This document shows positions 40,883 to 50,711 of a stretch of DNA of 64,000 nucleotides, one piece after another. Location: IMG/VR virus record IMGVR_UViG_3300017605_000087, positions 1 through 64,000 of that record. The stretch is one strand, 5' to 3'. Under the pieces are notes generated by a model, which made no database searches, was not told the DNA's origin, and worked only from the letters and a program-made list of their open reading frames with translations. The stretch's first letter is position 1, and the number at the start of each line of letters is the position of its first letter. A program made the translations under genes and the position numbers. The DNA comes from a virus.

Positions 40883-41520
40883 TCTTCTTTATTCTCAAGT
40901 TTAGCTTCTATTTCATCTGGTTTCATTAATTGAAATTCACTACTTAAAATACCATTAACAATAGTTCTTAATAAATCAGCAGGAATTGGATAAGGTTTAT
41001 CATCATTCATACAATCATCAACACATGTATTAGCATCATAAGGATTAACTAATAAAGATTCTGCTTCTACAAATTTAATTTTTGTACTACCTCCTCCTAC
41101 AACATAACCAAAGTTATTTCTTTCATACCAACGTATAATATCTTTAGTTACTCTATTATGTTTAGTCTTTTTTACTACTTCAAAATCTGTATAAGTAAAA
41201 TCAATTTCTCTACCAACACTTCCAAAGAACTTAAATCTTGTGCCACCAGTTCTTATAGTTTCTGGTAATATTCTTTCAGTTCTTCTTACTGGACAATCTA
41301 AACTTATATAACAAGTATCACCTTTATCAACTAATATTAAAGGGATAATTAATGTTTGATAAAATTGTCTATCAACATAGTTTCTTTGTAATGATTGTTT
41401 AAGAAACTCTGCCCTATAATAATTAACTGTAAAACGTACTTGATCTTTGAACACTTCATTGAAATGTTCTCCACGTATTGCAGCTATATGATCTGCTATT
41501 TTATTTATTGTATTATGCAA
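40879..41520 (-). CDS. Tail ring protein
   Basis: YYRAEFLKQ, DDKPYPIPADL; gene order. Confidence 0.6.
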   Translation of the reverse strand: MHNTINKIADHIAAIRGEHFNEVFKDQVRFTVNYYRAEFLKQSLQRNYVDRQFYQTLIIPLILVDKGDTCYISLDCPVRRTERILPETIRTGGTRFKFFGSVGREIDFTYTDFEVVKKTKHNRVTKDIIRWYERNNFGYVVGGGSTKIKFVEAESLLVNPYDANTCVDDCMNDDKPYPIPADLLRTIVNGILSSEFQLMKPDEIEAKLENKEE

Positions 41521-41523
41521 TTA

Positions 41524-42468
41524 CTATTGTATTTTAAGTAATGTTAATACTCTTGGAGAACCTAATGATACATCTCCAAGTCCACTTGTTTGTGTTATTT
41601 TAAGAGAAACCATCTCTCCTAATACGACTGAAATTTTAACTGTAAATGAACTTAAATGTACACCTACATTGTTTGTATTCATGCTAAAGGTTGTTCCTAC
41701 TCCAACTGTATCAATAGCCATCCTTGCAGTATAACTACTTTGTCCTGCATCATTAGTACTATGTGAAAATGATATAGTAGCTAGATAATCACCAGTAGGT
41801 ATATCATCACCAAAATCAAAATCATTACTAGTACCTGCTGTTACTGTTACAGCATCTACATTTGTTCTTTCATAACCTAACGCACCAGCGGCTATTGCTG
41901 TTTCAACAGCGGCAACGCTTGGATATTTTATATTACTACCTGTATCAGCAGCAATGTTAGTAGATTTGTTAGCTTGATTCTCTGCTACATATCCTATATT
42001 TTGTTGAGCTATTGCCCAATTAGCTTGTGTATTTCCTGGAGTATCTATAAGTGCTCTTACTGTATCTCCTATCTCAACATTTAACCCAGTTGGTAACACT
42101 CCAGCTACACTAATAGTCCATATATCTCCTTTTTTAATAGCTCCTGCTACTCCACTTCCTCCACTAGAAGGATATGCGTTAACACTAGCATCAAAATTTC
42201 CTCTATCATCCCATAGTCCTACTACTAAACCATCTGCATAAGCCTTTGCATTTGTTTCTGCTGTTGCAGCAGAACCAGCAGCATCAAAAGAAGCTGCAAC
42301 TAGAGCAGCAAGAGCAGCATTATTTGATAATGTTAGTAAACTTCTACCGAAAGCAGTAGTTGTTAATGCGGCAATAGCTGTTAAATCACTATCTAATGGT
42401 TGAAATCCAGCTCCTAATTTATCTAATCTTGAGATTATTTCTTCTAATAACTTTTCTTCAGCAGTCAT
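41524..42468 (-). CDS. Tail/fibre protein
   Basis: QPLDSDLTAIAAL, RGNFDAS..KKGDIW, ENQANKS..KYPSV fibre motifs and a beta-rich C-terminal domain. Confidence 0.7.
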   Translation of the reverse strand: MTAEEKLLEEIISRLDKLGAGFQPLDSDLTAIAALTTTAFGRSLLTLSNNAALAALVAASFDAAGSAATAETNAKAYADGLVVGLWDDRGNFDASVNAYPSSGGSGVAGAIKKGDIWTISVAGVLPTGLNVEIGDTVRALIDTPGNTQANWAIAQQNIGYVAENQANKSTNIAADTGSNIKYPSVAAVETAIAAGALGYERTNVDAVTVTAGTSNDFDFGDDIPTGDYLATISFSHSTNDAGQSSYTARMAIDTVGVGTTFSMNTNNVGVHLSSFTVKISVVLGEMVSLKITQTSGLGDVSLGSPRVLTLLKIQ

Positions 42469-42570
42469 TTATTTTAATTTAGATAGTTCGTTGAATAACT
42501 TTGCTAATTCTTTATCACCAAATACTATGGCAACTCTTTTACTTATTTCAAAATAGTATCTACTTTCCAT
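42469..42570 (-). CDS. Small unannotated ORF, 33 aa (MESRYYFEISKRVAIVFGDKELAKLFNELSKLK)
   Basis: Fills the gap exactly: overlaps the upstream stop, and its TAA abuts the next ATG. Confidence 0.55.
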   Translation of the reverse strand: MESRYYFEISKRVAIVFGDKELAKLFNELSKLK

Positions 42571-42850
42571 TTGAATATTTTCGTAATTCTTGTTTAAGTT
42601 CTCCTATGATTAAATTTTGTTTTCTCTCTCTAGCTTCACATTCTTTTTGAGCTAATTCTACATGTTTAACTCTTTCTTCTGTTCTAGTTAAACGAGTACT
42701 TAGAGCTTCAATAGTTTTACTAGACGCTTCTACTATTTTTGCTGCTGTATCAGCTATAAGATTATCTTTCTTTTGTCTTCCTATGATAATCCATGTAATA
42801 AACGTAGCTAATGTACCACTACTGATTGCTGTTGCTATTACCGTTTCCAT
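42560..42850 (-). CDS. Single-TM coiled-coil protein (holin/spanin-like)
   Basis: N-terminal hydrophobic helix followed by a coiled coil. Confidence 0.55.
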   Translation of the reverse strand: METVIATAISSGTLATFITWIIIGRQKKDNLIADTAAKIVEASSKTIEALSTRLTRTEERVKHVELAQKECEARERKQNLIIGELKQELRKYSNGK

Positions 42851-43202
42851 CTACTTTCTCTAAAGTTTCAGTTGTTTTTGTTTCAGTTGTTTTTCTATAT
42901 CCATTTCTTAGTTCAACTAAGTTCTGAAAATTTACATATCCCCACAATAACCCTATAAAAATTACATCAAGACATGAACCTAATAGTAGTTTATCTGGGT
43001 CTGTAATCTTTTGCATAAATGATACTCTACCATAAGCATATAAAAATGTTAGAAACATTGCAGACATTCTACGTCCACTCGATGTTCCATTCTGTCCTTC
43101 CATAGATGCTTTCCACCATAGTACGACATCTTTTGCTTCTTTATATGGTACTTTCCACCAAGTAGTTTTTTCCATTTTATCTTGTATATCCAGCATTAAC
43201 AT
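42819..43202 (-). CDS. Putative holin (two TM helices; start probably at MEKTTWW)
   Basis: SSGRR followed by two hydrophobic segments and a charged tail. Confidence 0.5.
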   Translation of the reverse strand: MLMLDIQDKMEKTTWWKVPYKEAKDVVLWWKASMEGQNGTSSGRRMSAMFLTFLYAYGRVSFMQKITDPDKLLLGSCLDVIFIGLLWGYVNFQNLVELRNGYRKTTETKTTETLEKVDGNGNSNSNQ

Positions 43203-45243
43203 ATAAATTACCTACAACAGGATTAGTAGGAGCAACATTTGCTTTAGATCCTTCTGAATAAGTTACAGCAGCAGCTCCTCCAATTGATACAGCCACGCCG
43301 TCAGTAATTAATCTTGCTCCCATTAAATGAATTGCTCCACCTGCACTTGTAATAGGTATCACTCCAGCACTTGCAGCAGTACTAATTCTTGTATTATTAA
43401 CTTCTAGTTCTCCTCCTGTTTGATTTATAACAACAGTAGTAGCTATTCTTGAACTTTCAAATATTACAGCAGATGCACTAATTCTTGCTCCTGCTATGTT
43501 TCCTCTTTCAATCTTAAATACAATTTCGTTTCCAACACCAGTACATCTAAATAGTTCACGATTAGTCAATTCTATATCTCCAATCTTAATATCAGCTTTA
43601 AATGTTGTATTAGCCTGTGCATCAATGAATCCGTAAGTATTTGCACTTACATCTGACATATAATCTAATTCGACTTCTAGTTTACCATCAATTACAGTAA
43701 TCATTTGTATATATGCTTGAGATGCTGCTGCTCCTGGCATTTCAAATGTTTTAGCTTTAACTTTACATCTACCATTCCAAGACATTCCAGCAGAATATAT
43801 AATAGCGTTGAAGTTACTACTTGTTGTACATCTACAAACTCCTCCAATTTCAGCATAGAGATTTGATGTATCTTGTAATCTGAAATTCCTTCCTGCACAA
43901 ACATAATCTCCTCTTACCTTTAGATATGTTGTACCATCTCTTAATACCATACCATTAGATATATTTGAAACACTTACACTTTCAAATTCCAAATGAAATA
44001 CAGCAGATGGATTAGTTCTTATTTGTAAGAATCCTCCTCCGCCACCATCTAAATCTTGTAATATTGAATTACCTAATATTTTAACTGGTTGAGTTAAAAC
44101 AACTCCTCCAGCAGTAGTATCAGCATTTAACATATCTCCTACGCTTTGAATTGTTGATCCAAGCATTCCCCATATTGTTAATCCATCTACTAGTATACCT
44201 CCTCCAGATGAATGTGTTCCGGGAAGTAATAAAATTAATTGACCATAACTAAATAATGCCACAACAGCATTAATTGATTGAAATGGTAAATCCATTCTTC
44301 CTACTTGTCCTGTTCCATCATCTCCATTAACAGGGTCAACAAAATATGTTGCATTAATTGGAATTTCAACTGTAATAGCTGCTATTGCAGCTTGTAAATC
44401 AAATAATGGTTTATATATACTATTCAAAACTTCAACAGCAATTATATCTCCAGCATTTCCTGCTGTTATTGCTCTTCCATATACAAATATACTATTAGTT
44501 TGATCTCCTACATTAGTAGGTCTAATCATTCCAGTAGCATTAACCATTACTTCATTATTTACTACTATTGTATCATCTGCTTTTACATATACAAAATTAG
44601 TAACATCTACTATTGCTTTTCCATCATCTGTAATTCCTACAAGTACACCATTAATAGGTTTAGTATCATAATATTCATTAGTTACTAAACTTGGAGTTGT
44701 TTCAATAAAGTCAACTTCTCCAGGTGCAGCACCAGTTACAAGAGTAGCTGGTATAGCTCCATTTGCAATTTCATCAACTTGTACTAAACTGAATCCAATA
44801 TCTACTGCTGTATATTTAGCACCAAAAGTATTAGTAATATAATCTGCAAGATTTGCAGTAAATTCATCACTAGTAGTTGGTGGACTAAATGGCCCATTAT
44901 TCATAACATCACCTTTAGTAATGTTTACTTGAACATCAAGAGCATTAGTTATTGTGCCAATAACAAGACTATTAGCACCAACTGGAATACTAGTAGTTTG
45001 TAGAAACCACATTCCGAATTGTGTAGTAGTTACAGTAAAAGCATCATATAATATTGCATTACCTCCTGCATCAATAGTTACAGCTTTATTTATATCTCCA
45101 ATAGTTAATGCTGTTGGAAATTGTTTAGTTCCATCAGAAGTTGTAAGTTCATCAATAGTATTGATGATAGCTTCAATCATTCTTCTATTTGATTCTGTTA
45201 ATCCACTTTGGGATAACAAAGATATAAGTTCTACTTTAGTCAT
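43177..45243 (-). CDS. Spike/fibre with pectin-lyase-like beta-helix
   Basis: YFVDPVNGDD...PFQSI...LLPGTH cap followed by small-residue beta repeats. Confidence 0.7.
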   Translation of the reverse strand: MTKVELISLLSQSGLTESNRRMIEAIINTIDELTTSDGTKQFPTALTIGDINKAVTIDAGGNAILYDAFTVTTTQFGMWFLQTTSIPVGANSLVIGTITNALDVQVNITKGDVMNNGPFSPPTTSDEFTANLADYITNTFGAKYTAVDIGFSLVQVDEIANGAIPATLVTGAAPGEVDFIETTPSLVTNEYYDTKPINGVLVGITDDGKAIVDVTNFVYVKADDTIVVNNEVMVNATGMIRPTNVGDQTNSIFVYGRAITAGNAGDIIAVEVLNSIYKPLFDLQAAIAAITVEIPINATYFVDPVNGDDGTGQVGRMDLPFQSINAVVALFSYGQLILLLPGTHSSGGGILVDGLTIWGMLGSTIQSVGDMLNADTTAGGVVLTQPVKILGNSILQDLDGGGGGFLQIRTNPSAVFHLEFESVSVSNISNGMVLRDGTTYLKVRGDYVCAGRNFRLQDTSNLYAEIGGVCRCTTSSNFNAIIYSAGMSWNGRCKVKAKTFEMPGAAASQAYIQMITVIDGKLEVELDYMSDVSANTYGFIDAQANTTFKADIKIGDIELTNRELFRCTGVGNEIVFKIERGNIAGARISASAVIFESSRIATTVVINQTGGELEVNNTRISTAASAGVIPITSAGGAIHLMGARLITDGVAVSIGGAAAVTYSEGSKANVAPTNPVVGNLYVNAGYTR

Positions 45244-45244
45244 A

Positions 45245-46336
45245 TTATTGTACTTTGGTTAAAGTTAATATTCTTGGAGAACCAATTGAAACATCTCCTA
45301 CTCCAGCTTGATTTGTTACTTTTAAAGCTATTGATTCTCCTAATGTTATTGCTATTTTTTGTGTAATAGTACAAACATTTTTCATTGTATTATTTTGAAT
45401 CATTGAAAATTCATTTCCTACTAATACACTATCTTTAGTTAATCCAGCTTTATATGTATTAAAAGTTACATCTCCTCCAGTATGACTAAAAGTTACAGTT
45501 GCTATATAATTTCCAGTTGGTATTGCATCATCAAAAATAAACTCAACATTTGTTCCACTTCCAACTAATATTGCATCAACATTACTATGTTGATAAGCTA
45601 ATGGAGGGATTGCTGAAGCTGCTACTGTTTCTACAATATATACAGTTCTACTAAATGTTCCATCGGTTCTAATTGCCTTAGTTATTTTTAAACCAGCAAC
45701 AGTATTAGTAAATGTTAATGTTACTCCAACAGTAGTTCCTGTTGCAGCAGCACTAATTAGTATTGTTCCATGTGTAACTCCTGGTGTAAAAGATATTACA
45801 TAAGCTCCTGCTGGAATATCTGTTCCTACTATTGGGTCACCATATGATAGTTTATTTCCATCTGCATTTAATACATTGGTAATACTTGTACTTGTATTAG
45901 TATTACCAGTCATTGTAACAGCAGTATCAGAAGCTCTCAATACTGTATCTATTTGTGGTATATGTGATGGTCTTACTATATTAGCAAAAGCAGTAGACAA
46001 AGCATCTTTATGTCCAATAGCTTCCAAATAAGTTGCTAGTCTTACTAATCCCTGAGCAGTTTCCGTAGCTGTATCCTCTACATTCTTTTTAAATGTAATA
46101 CTATTAAACAATTTGTCAAATACAGTTCCACTTGGATAATGGTTTGCTAGAAACCTATTATATTTAAGTGTAGGAGTTCCGTTAATTGTTACATAATATT
46201 GTGTTGGAAAACCTACCTCTTGGTCAGGTTTTGGTCCTACATTCACAGCTACTTGACGTAGGAAAAACTCTCTAAATTCTATATACATTTTAGTATTATT
46301 ATATTGTTTAACATGTACATGGACATACAGTTTCAA
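45245..46336 (-). CDS. Tail fibre protein (start probably ATG 46288)
   Basis: TATETAQGLVRLAT fibre motif; GTDIPAGAYV..ISAAAT module; C-terminal domain shared with 41524..42468. Confidence 0.7.
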   Translation of the reverse strand: MKLYVHVHVKQYNNTKMYIEFREFFLRQVAVNVGPKPDQEVGFPTQYYVTINGTPTLKYNRFLANHYPSGTVFDKLFNSITFKKNVEDTATETAQGLVRLATYLEAIGHKDALSTAFANIVRPSHIPQIDTVLRASDTAVTMTGNTNTSTSITNVLNADGNKLSYGDPIVGTDIPAGAYVISFTPGVTHGTILISAAATGTTVGVTLTFTNTVAGLKITKAIRTDGTFSRTVYIVETVAASAIPPLAYQHSNVDAILVGSGTNVEFIFDDAIPTGNYIATVTFSHTGGDVTFNTYKAGLTKDSVLVGNEFSMIQNNTMKNVCTITQKIAITLGESIALKVTNQAGVGDVSIGSPRILTLTKVQ

Positions 46337-46889
46337 CGTTAACTGTACAGCTATATAAGTTTGCTAATGTTTCTTCTATGTTTATTGAAGTTGTTTCACT
46401 ACATGATTCAGAAAATTCTAAAGGTTCTACTTCTAAATCTATTTCAATTCCCATTCCTTCGATTCCACCACTACAATTAGTAGTAACTCCTTCACAAGGA
46501 GATGTAGTTGGTTCAACTTCAAATGTATTTTCGATTCCCATTCCATCTATTCCACATTCGGTTATAGGTGGTAATGAAAAGAATCCGGCAACTTTATCTA
46601 AGTCAATACCATTACAAGCAAATTTTTTCCTTTTATCTTCGTAACAATATTTAGTCTTAATTTCTTCCCATGTTTTAGTTCCACCATTTAATATACTAGA
46701 TAATATTCCAATATAATAAATAGCAGCATAATATTGCATTGTTTTGAATTGTACACAGCTTTCTCCTTGTATATCTTCTTCTTTCCATTGTTGCTTATTC
46801 AAAGCTAATATCTCAGCCTTATAATACTTGAAAGTATTATTGATTGCTATTTCATAATAGTTAGCTTTATTATAAGTTCTTAGAAACAT
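46308..46889 (-). CDS. Cys-rich tail hub-like protein with duplicated C-terminal motif
   Basis: Gene order; GIxGMGIExxxEVEP occurs twice. Confidence 0.5.
   Translation of the reverse strand: MFLRTYNKANYYEIAINNTFKYYKAEILALNKQQWKEEDIQGESCVQFKTMQYYAAIYYIGILSSILNGGTKTWEEIKTKYCYEDKRKKFACNGIDLDKVAGFFSLPPITECGIDGMGIENTFEVEPTTSPCEGVTTNCSGGIEGMGIEIDLEVEPLEFSESCSETTSINIEETLANLYSCTVNVETVCPCTC
46426..46557. repeat. Imperfect direct repeat, two copies of about 45 bp
   Basis: ttctacttctaaatctatttcaattcccattccttcgattcca versus ttcaacttcaaatgtattttcgattcccattccatctattcca. Confidence 0.7.
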
Positions 46890-46893
46890 ATAT

Positions 46894-48564
46894 TTATTTA
46901 CATCCTGTACAACCAGATGATGAAGATGTTTTTACACCATCTCCACATCCACTACAAGGTTTATTACAAGCTCTACAATATTCATTCATTCTATCTAACA
47001 CCATTTGAATCTCATACAAGTCAGCTAATTTGTTAGGTAACAATGCTTCATATATAAAATTGAAATTATATTCTTCATTTAACATTGAAAAGAATGTATG
47101 TGCTGTAAGCATCATACTATTAAAGTCATAATATGCTTTACATGTATCTTGACAATCTGCCTTACATTTGCAACATATTATTTTATCTAATGCTTTTAAT
47201 ATACACTCTTGTAATGCACAATATACTATAACTATAAATGTTTGAATCGTTTCTCCATCAGTTATAGTAAACGTATATATACCATCACTTAAAGTTATAT
47301 CTTTATATTCACCAGAATTTATTTCTACTACTAAATGTTCTACAAATTCACTTGTCGTATTTAATTTAGATATTACAATTGATCTTGTAGCAAAGCTATT
47401 ATTATAAGCCCTGTAAATATTACACTGTTGTTTCTTCACTTCCCACCAATTGCAAACATGTACAGGAAGATTAAAATTACAAGTAAATGGTCTTATTTCT
47501 CCGCCCCCAGTTACTACATATACTTCTGATAATGTAAATCTAACTATATAATCTCCTATTGTTGGATTTACTAAACCATAAGCATTAGCTATTGGGTCAA
47601 ATACATATACTGGTGTAATACCAGTAAGATTAATGATTTGTGTACCTACTAAAGTACCATCATTATTATATACTGAATAAGTTAATTCCAAAGAATCGAA
47701 AGCATAACTATTATTATCATTTACCCAATATGTTTCTAAATTTCCGAAATCTAATGCTGGATAAATGTTTGTTGTATTAACATTAGTTATACAATCTCCT
47801 ACACATGTTTCACATGTAGCTGTTAAATTTTGAGTAGGTATATCTGTTTTCTTTAAGAAACTAGTTAATCCTCCTACACAACTATCTATTGGCGTACTTG
47901 GCCCTCCACAACATCCTTCTTCATATAATATTGTAGTTTGTTTTACACTAATGTTACTACTACATATTACTGTATTTCTAGTGTTAGCTAATGTAACACC
48001 ATCAGCATCTAAATAAGATACTGAACCTCCTGAACTATCCAACTTATATAAATATAGGGCATTTGTATAAGGTTGATAATATCCAGTAAAACTACTATAA
48101 GCTCTTGTTTGTTCTCCTGATACTACGTTATTAGTTTCATTTATTAATCTAATATCCATATCAGGATTATCATCCACAGGTGTTCCATCTCCATATAGAA
48201 CATTAGGATTGTTTCCTAAATCATATCCAAATACTTGGAATATATTTTGATACAATATATATCCAGCTTTAGATACTATAATTTCTACTTTACTTTTCAT
48301 CCATACTTTAGGTATGTCAATGTTTAAAGTATAGTAGTCAGCGTTCTGTATTCCAATAGATGTTACAGTATATCCTGCACCACTTACAATAGGTGCTGGA
48401 AATACATAAGTTGATACATCAGCAGTATTCCATACTATTGTATCATCAACTTTCAAAACAATACCTAAATTGACATTGTTAAGTACGGCAGCAGCCTGAC
48501 CACAAATCAAGTAGTCAGGTGCGCCGCTATTACCAGGTGAAAGTACTCTAAATCTAAGATTCAT
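46894..48564 (-). CDS. Tail hub-like structural protein with Cys-rich C-terminus
   Basis: Beta-rich N-terminus; CCKC...C and CRACNKPCSGC...CTGC tail; gene order. Confidence 0.55.
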   Translation of the reverse strand: MNLRFRVLSPGNSGAPDYLICGQAAAVLNNVNLGIVLKVDDTIVWNTADVSTYVFPAPIVSGAGYTVTSIGIQNADYYTLNIDIPKVWMKSKVEIIVSKAGYILYQNIFQVFGYDLGNNPNVLYGDGTPVDDNPDMDIRLINETNNVVSGEQTRAYSSFTGYYQPYTNALYLYKLDSSGGSVSYLDADGVTLANTRNTVICSSNISVKQTTILYEEGCCGGPSTPIDSCVGGLTSFLKKTDIPTQNLTATCETCVGDCITNVNTTNIYPALDFGNLETYWVNDNNSYAFDSLELTYSVYNNDGTLVGTQIINLTGITPVYVFDPIANAYGLVNPTIGDYIVRFTLSEVYVVTGGGEIRPFTCNFNLPVHVCNWWEVKKQQCNIYRAYNNSFATRSIVISKLNTTSEFVEHLVVEINSGEYKDITLSDGIYTFTITDGETIQTFIVIVYCALQECILKALDKIICCKCKADCQDTCKAYYDFNSMMLTAHTFFSMLNEEYNFNFIYEALLPNKLADLYEIQMVLDRMNEYCRACNKPCSGCGDGVKTSSSSGCTGCK

Positions 48565-48609
48565 TTGCTGACATTTGAATTTAACTAGTTAATTAGATAC
48601 TGGTGTTTA

Positions 48610-49587
48610 TTAAGCACCAGTTTCAATTGGGTCTGTTAAATCAAATGCTTTAGCCATTGTTGTTGCAAAATCAGCAGCTTCAAATGTTGCAGCTCCATCA
48701 GGAACAGCAAGAATCAATGTTTGTTCATTCTGCATATCTCTTACATGAGTTCCATTCTTTTCCTCATACCAACTAATCACCCATTGGTCATAGTTAATTG
48801 CAGTATTAGTTAAGAATGAACCACTAAAGAATTTAGCTGGAAGATGTACTTTGTTTGCATTTCCACGGCTATCAGAATATTCTTCTTCAAGAGCAGCTAC
48901 TTGTGCCCCTAAACCTCTTCCGATAAACATGTTTAAGGAGTTACTTGCTCCTTCTTTTTCAATTGTAGAATTTACAAATATTCCATCTCTTCCAATTTGG
49001 AACTTCATTCCATATTTTGCATCAAGACGTAATCCTACGTTTACTCCTACAATTGTAACAGATGCAATAGGGAATAATGGGTCGTTCTCTGCAATTTTAG
49101 CATCAATTAATGCTTTAACTCCCGCTAATACAATTGCATTTGTAGCACCTACAAGCAATGTATATTCAAAACGATATGGGAATTGTGTTTCATCTAATGC
49201 ACCATCTCTACGAGCAAAGATATTTAATATTGCTTGAGTTCCTTCAACCAATGTTCCGGGAAAGTTTAAAGCTCCTGTTGCTCCATCATTTCCTACAAAT
49301 TGTCTTTCATTTACTGAAGCGACATAAGGACATGAATCAACTCTAGCCTCTCTCCTGATAATATTTGGGGATTTAAGAACTAATGTTTCACTATCTTGTA
49401 CTCCAATAGCTACATAAAATTCTTTAATGTCATCAAATACAGGAGCAGTAATATCAATTAATGCACCTTCTGCAAAAATTGCAATAGCACCTTTAGCTAG
49501 TAAGTCTAGCTCATTCATGTTGGCTATGGTTCCACCACCAACTTTAGCTGCATATACGACATCAGCTAATGGAAAGATTCGTTTCAT
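48610..49587 (-). CDS. Putative auxiliary capsid protein
   Basis: Position after the MCP-adjacent genes; Ala/Gly-rich. Confidence 0.5.
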   Translation of the reverse strand: MKRIFPLADVVYAAKVGGGTIANMNELDLLAKGAIAIFAEGALIDITAPVFDDIKEFYVAIGVQDSETLVLKSPNIIRREARVDSCPYVASVNERQFVGNDGATGALNFPGTLVEGTQAILNIFARRDGALDETQFPYRFEYTLLVGATNAIVLAGVKALIDAKIAENDPLFPIASVTIVGVNVGLRLDAKYGMKFQIGRDGIFVNSTIEKEGASNSLNMFIGRGLGAQVAALEEEYSDSRGNANKVHLPAKFFSGSFLTNTAINYDQWVISWYEEKNGTHVRDMQNEQTLILAVPDGAATFEAADFATTMAKAFDLTDPIETGA

Positions 49588-49604
49588 ATTTTACTTGTTT
49601 TAAA

Positions 49605-50705
49605 TTAATTTTTTAATAATTCTTGATTGTTATATAGTAAGCCTTGAAAATTTCCTGCTTGTAATATTGCAGCTACTCTTTGTACGGCTGTATCTACTAT
49701 CTTTTTTTGGACATCTTCTTTGAACTCTAAAGTTCTTCCTAAATTAATATCCATTCTTCTTGGAAACCTTATATATTCTAATACTAATTGTTCTACTACA
49801 AAAGTATTATCTTGAAATATAATTACACTCTTATTTTGTAAGTTACTTAACGGACTATTATACTTCGTACTTCCAAAAGAGAAACTCATCATATTTCTAG
49901 TATCTTCTCTATCTATAAGTCTGTCTGAGTAATAATTTCTTTTAATTGTACTATCAACAGTATATATTTGTAATGTTAATTGTTCCATTGGAATAATTAT
50001 TCCACCATTCATATTTACAGATATATTTGTAAATGATGTTTCGCTTACAAATATAAATGTATTATTATAATACTGTCCATTAAACTCTTCCCAATATATT
50101 TGTACTGTTTGACTTGTTCTATTTATCTCTTCTAATATTAGATTGATTAATACAAACTTCAAGTCTTTATCACTAAACCCATTCGGGTAATAATTATCTA
50201 AATCAAATAGAAGTGTTGAACTCCCTGTATTTAATGTTAATGAAAAATCCTTATAAAAATCAGTGATAGTGTTTACTGTATCATCTACTAAAACAAATTT
50301 ACTTATATATAAAGTTTTGTTTGTTAAAGTCTTTTCAATTCCATTACATTTATAAACTGTTTTAGATACATCATCTATCAGTTTAAAATAATTAGATGGT
50401 AATATTGCGTACATTGCATCGTCAGCATATCCATCAAACTCAATTCCTGCTTTAAAAGTAGTTAATAGTTTTGTTGTTACAAGATTCTGATAATCGTCAT
50501 ATCTAGCTTTATTATCTTGAAACTGTTTTCCTCCACTTACTCTAGTTCTTCCTTTAGGGTGAATTTGGTCGTCAATGAGCTTTAGAGCCGTATCATTTAA
50601 TACCCAATCCATTTCCTCTGGTTCAAAGGCTCTATACCTATTTGAACTCATCTTTTGGAGTTTAGTATCAAAATCTATGTGGCACTCTAAAGCTGTCATT
50701 GACAA
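49605..50705 (-). CDS. Conserved head-tail ring protein
   Basis: FEPEEMDWVLN, ILPSNY, YIRFP, IVDTAV. Confidence 0.65.
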   Translation of the reverse strand: MSMTALECHIDFDTKLQKMSSNRYRAFEPEEMDWVLNDTALKLIDDQIHPKGRTRVSGGKQFQDNKARYDDYQNLVTTKLLTTFKAGIEFDGYADDAMYAILPSNYFKLIDDVSKTVYKCNGIEKTLTNKTLYISKFVLVDDTVNTITDFYKDFSLTLNTGSSTLLFDLDNYYPNGFSDKDLKFVLINLILEEINRTSQTVQIYWEEFNGQYYNNTFIFVSETSFTNISVNMNGGIIIPMEQLTLQIYTVDSTIKRNYYSDRLIDREDTRNMMSFSFGSTKYNSPLSNLQNKSVIIFQDNTFVVEQLVLEYIRFPRRMDINLGRTLEFKEDVQKKIVDTAVQRVAAILQAGNFQGLLYNNQELLKN

Positions 50706-50711
50706 TCAATA

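Noticed and set aside
41524-45600. DGR template/variable repeat pair in the two fibre tips
   Set aside because: Differences are not adenine-specific, both copies are coding, and no reverse transcriptase is present in the window.
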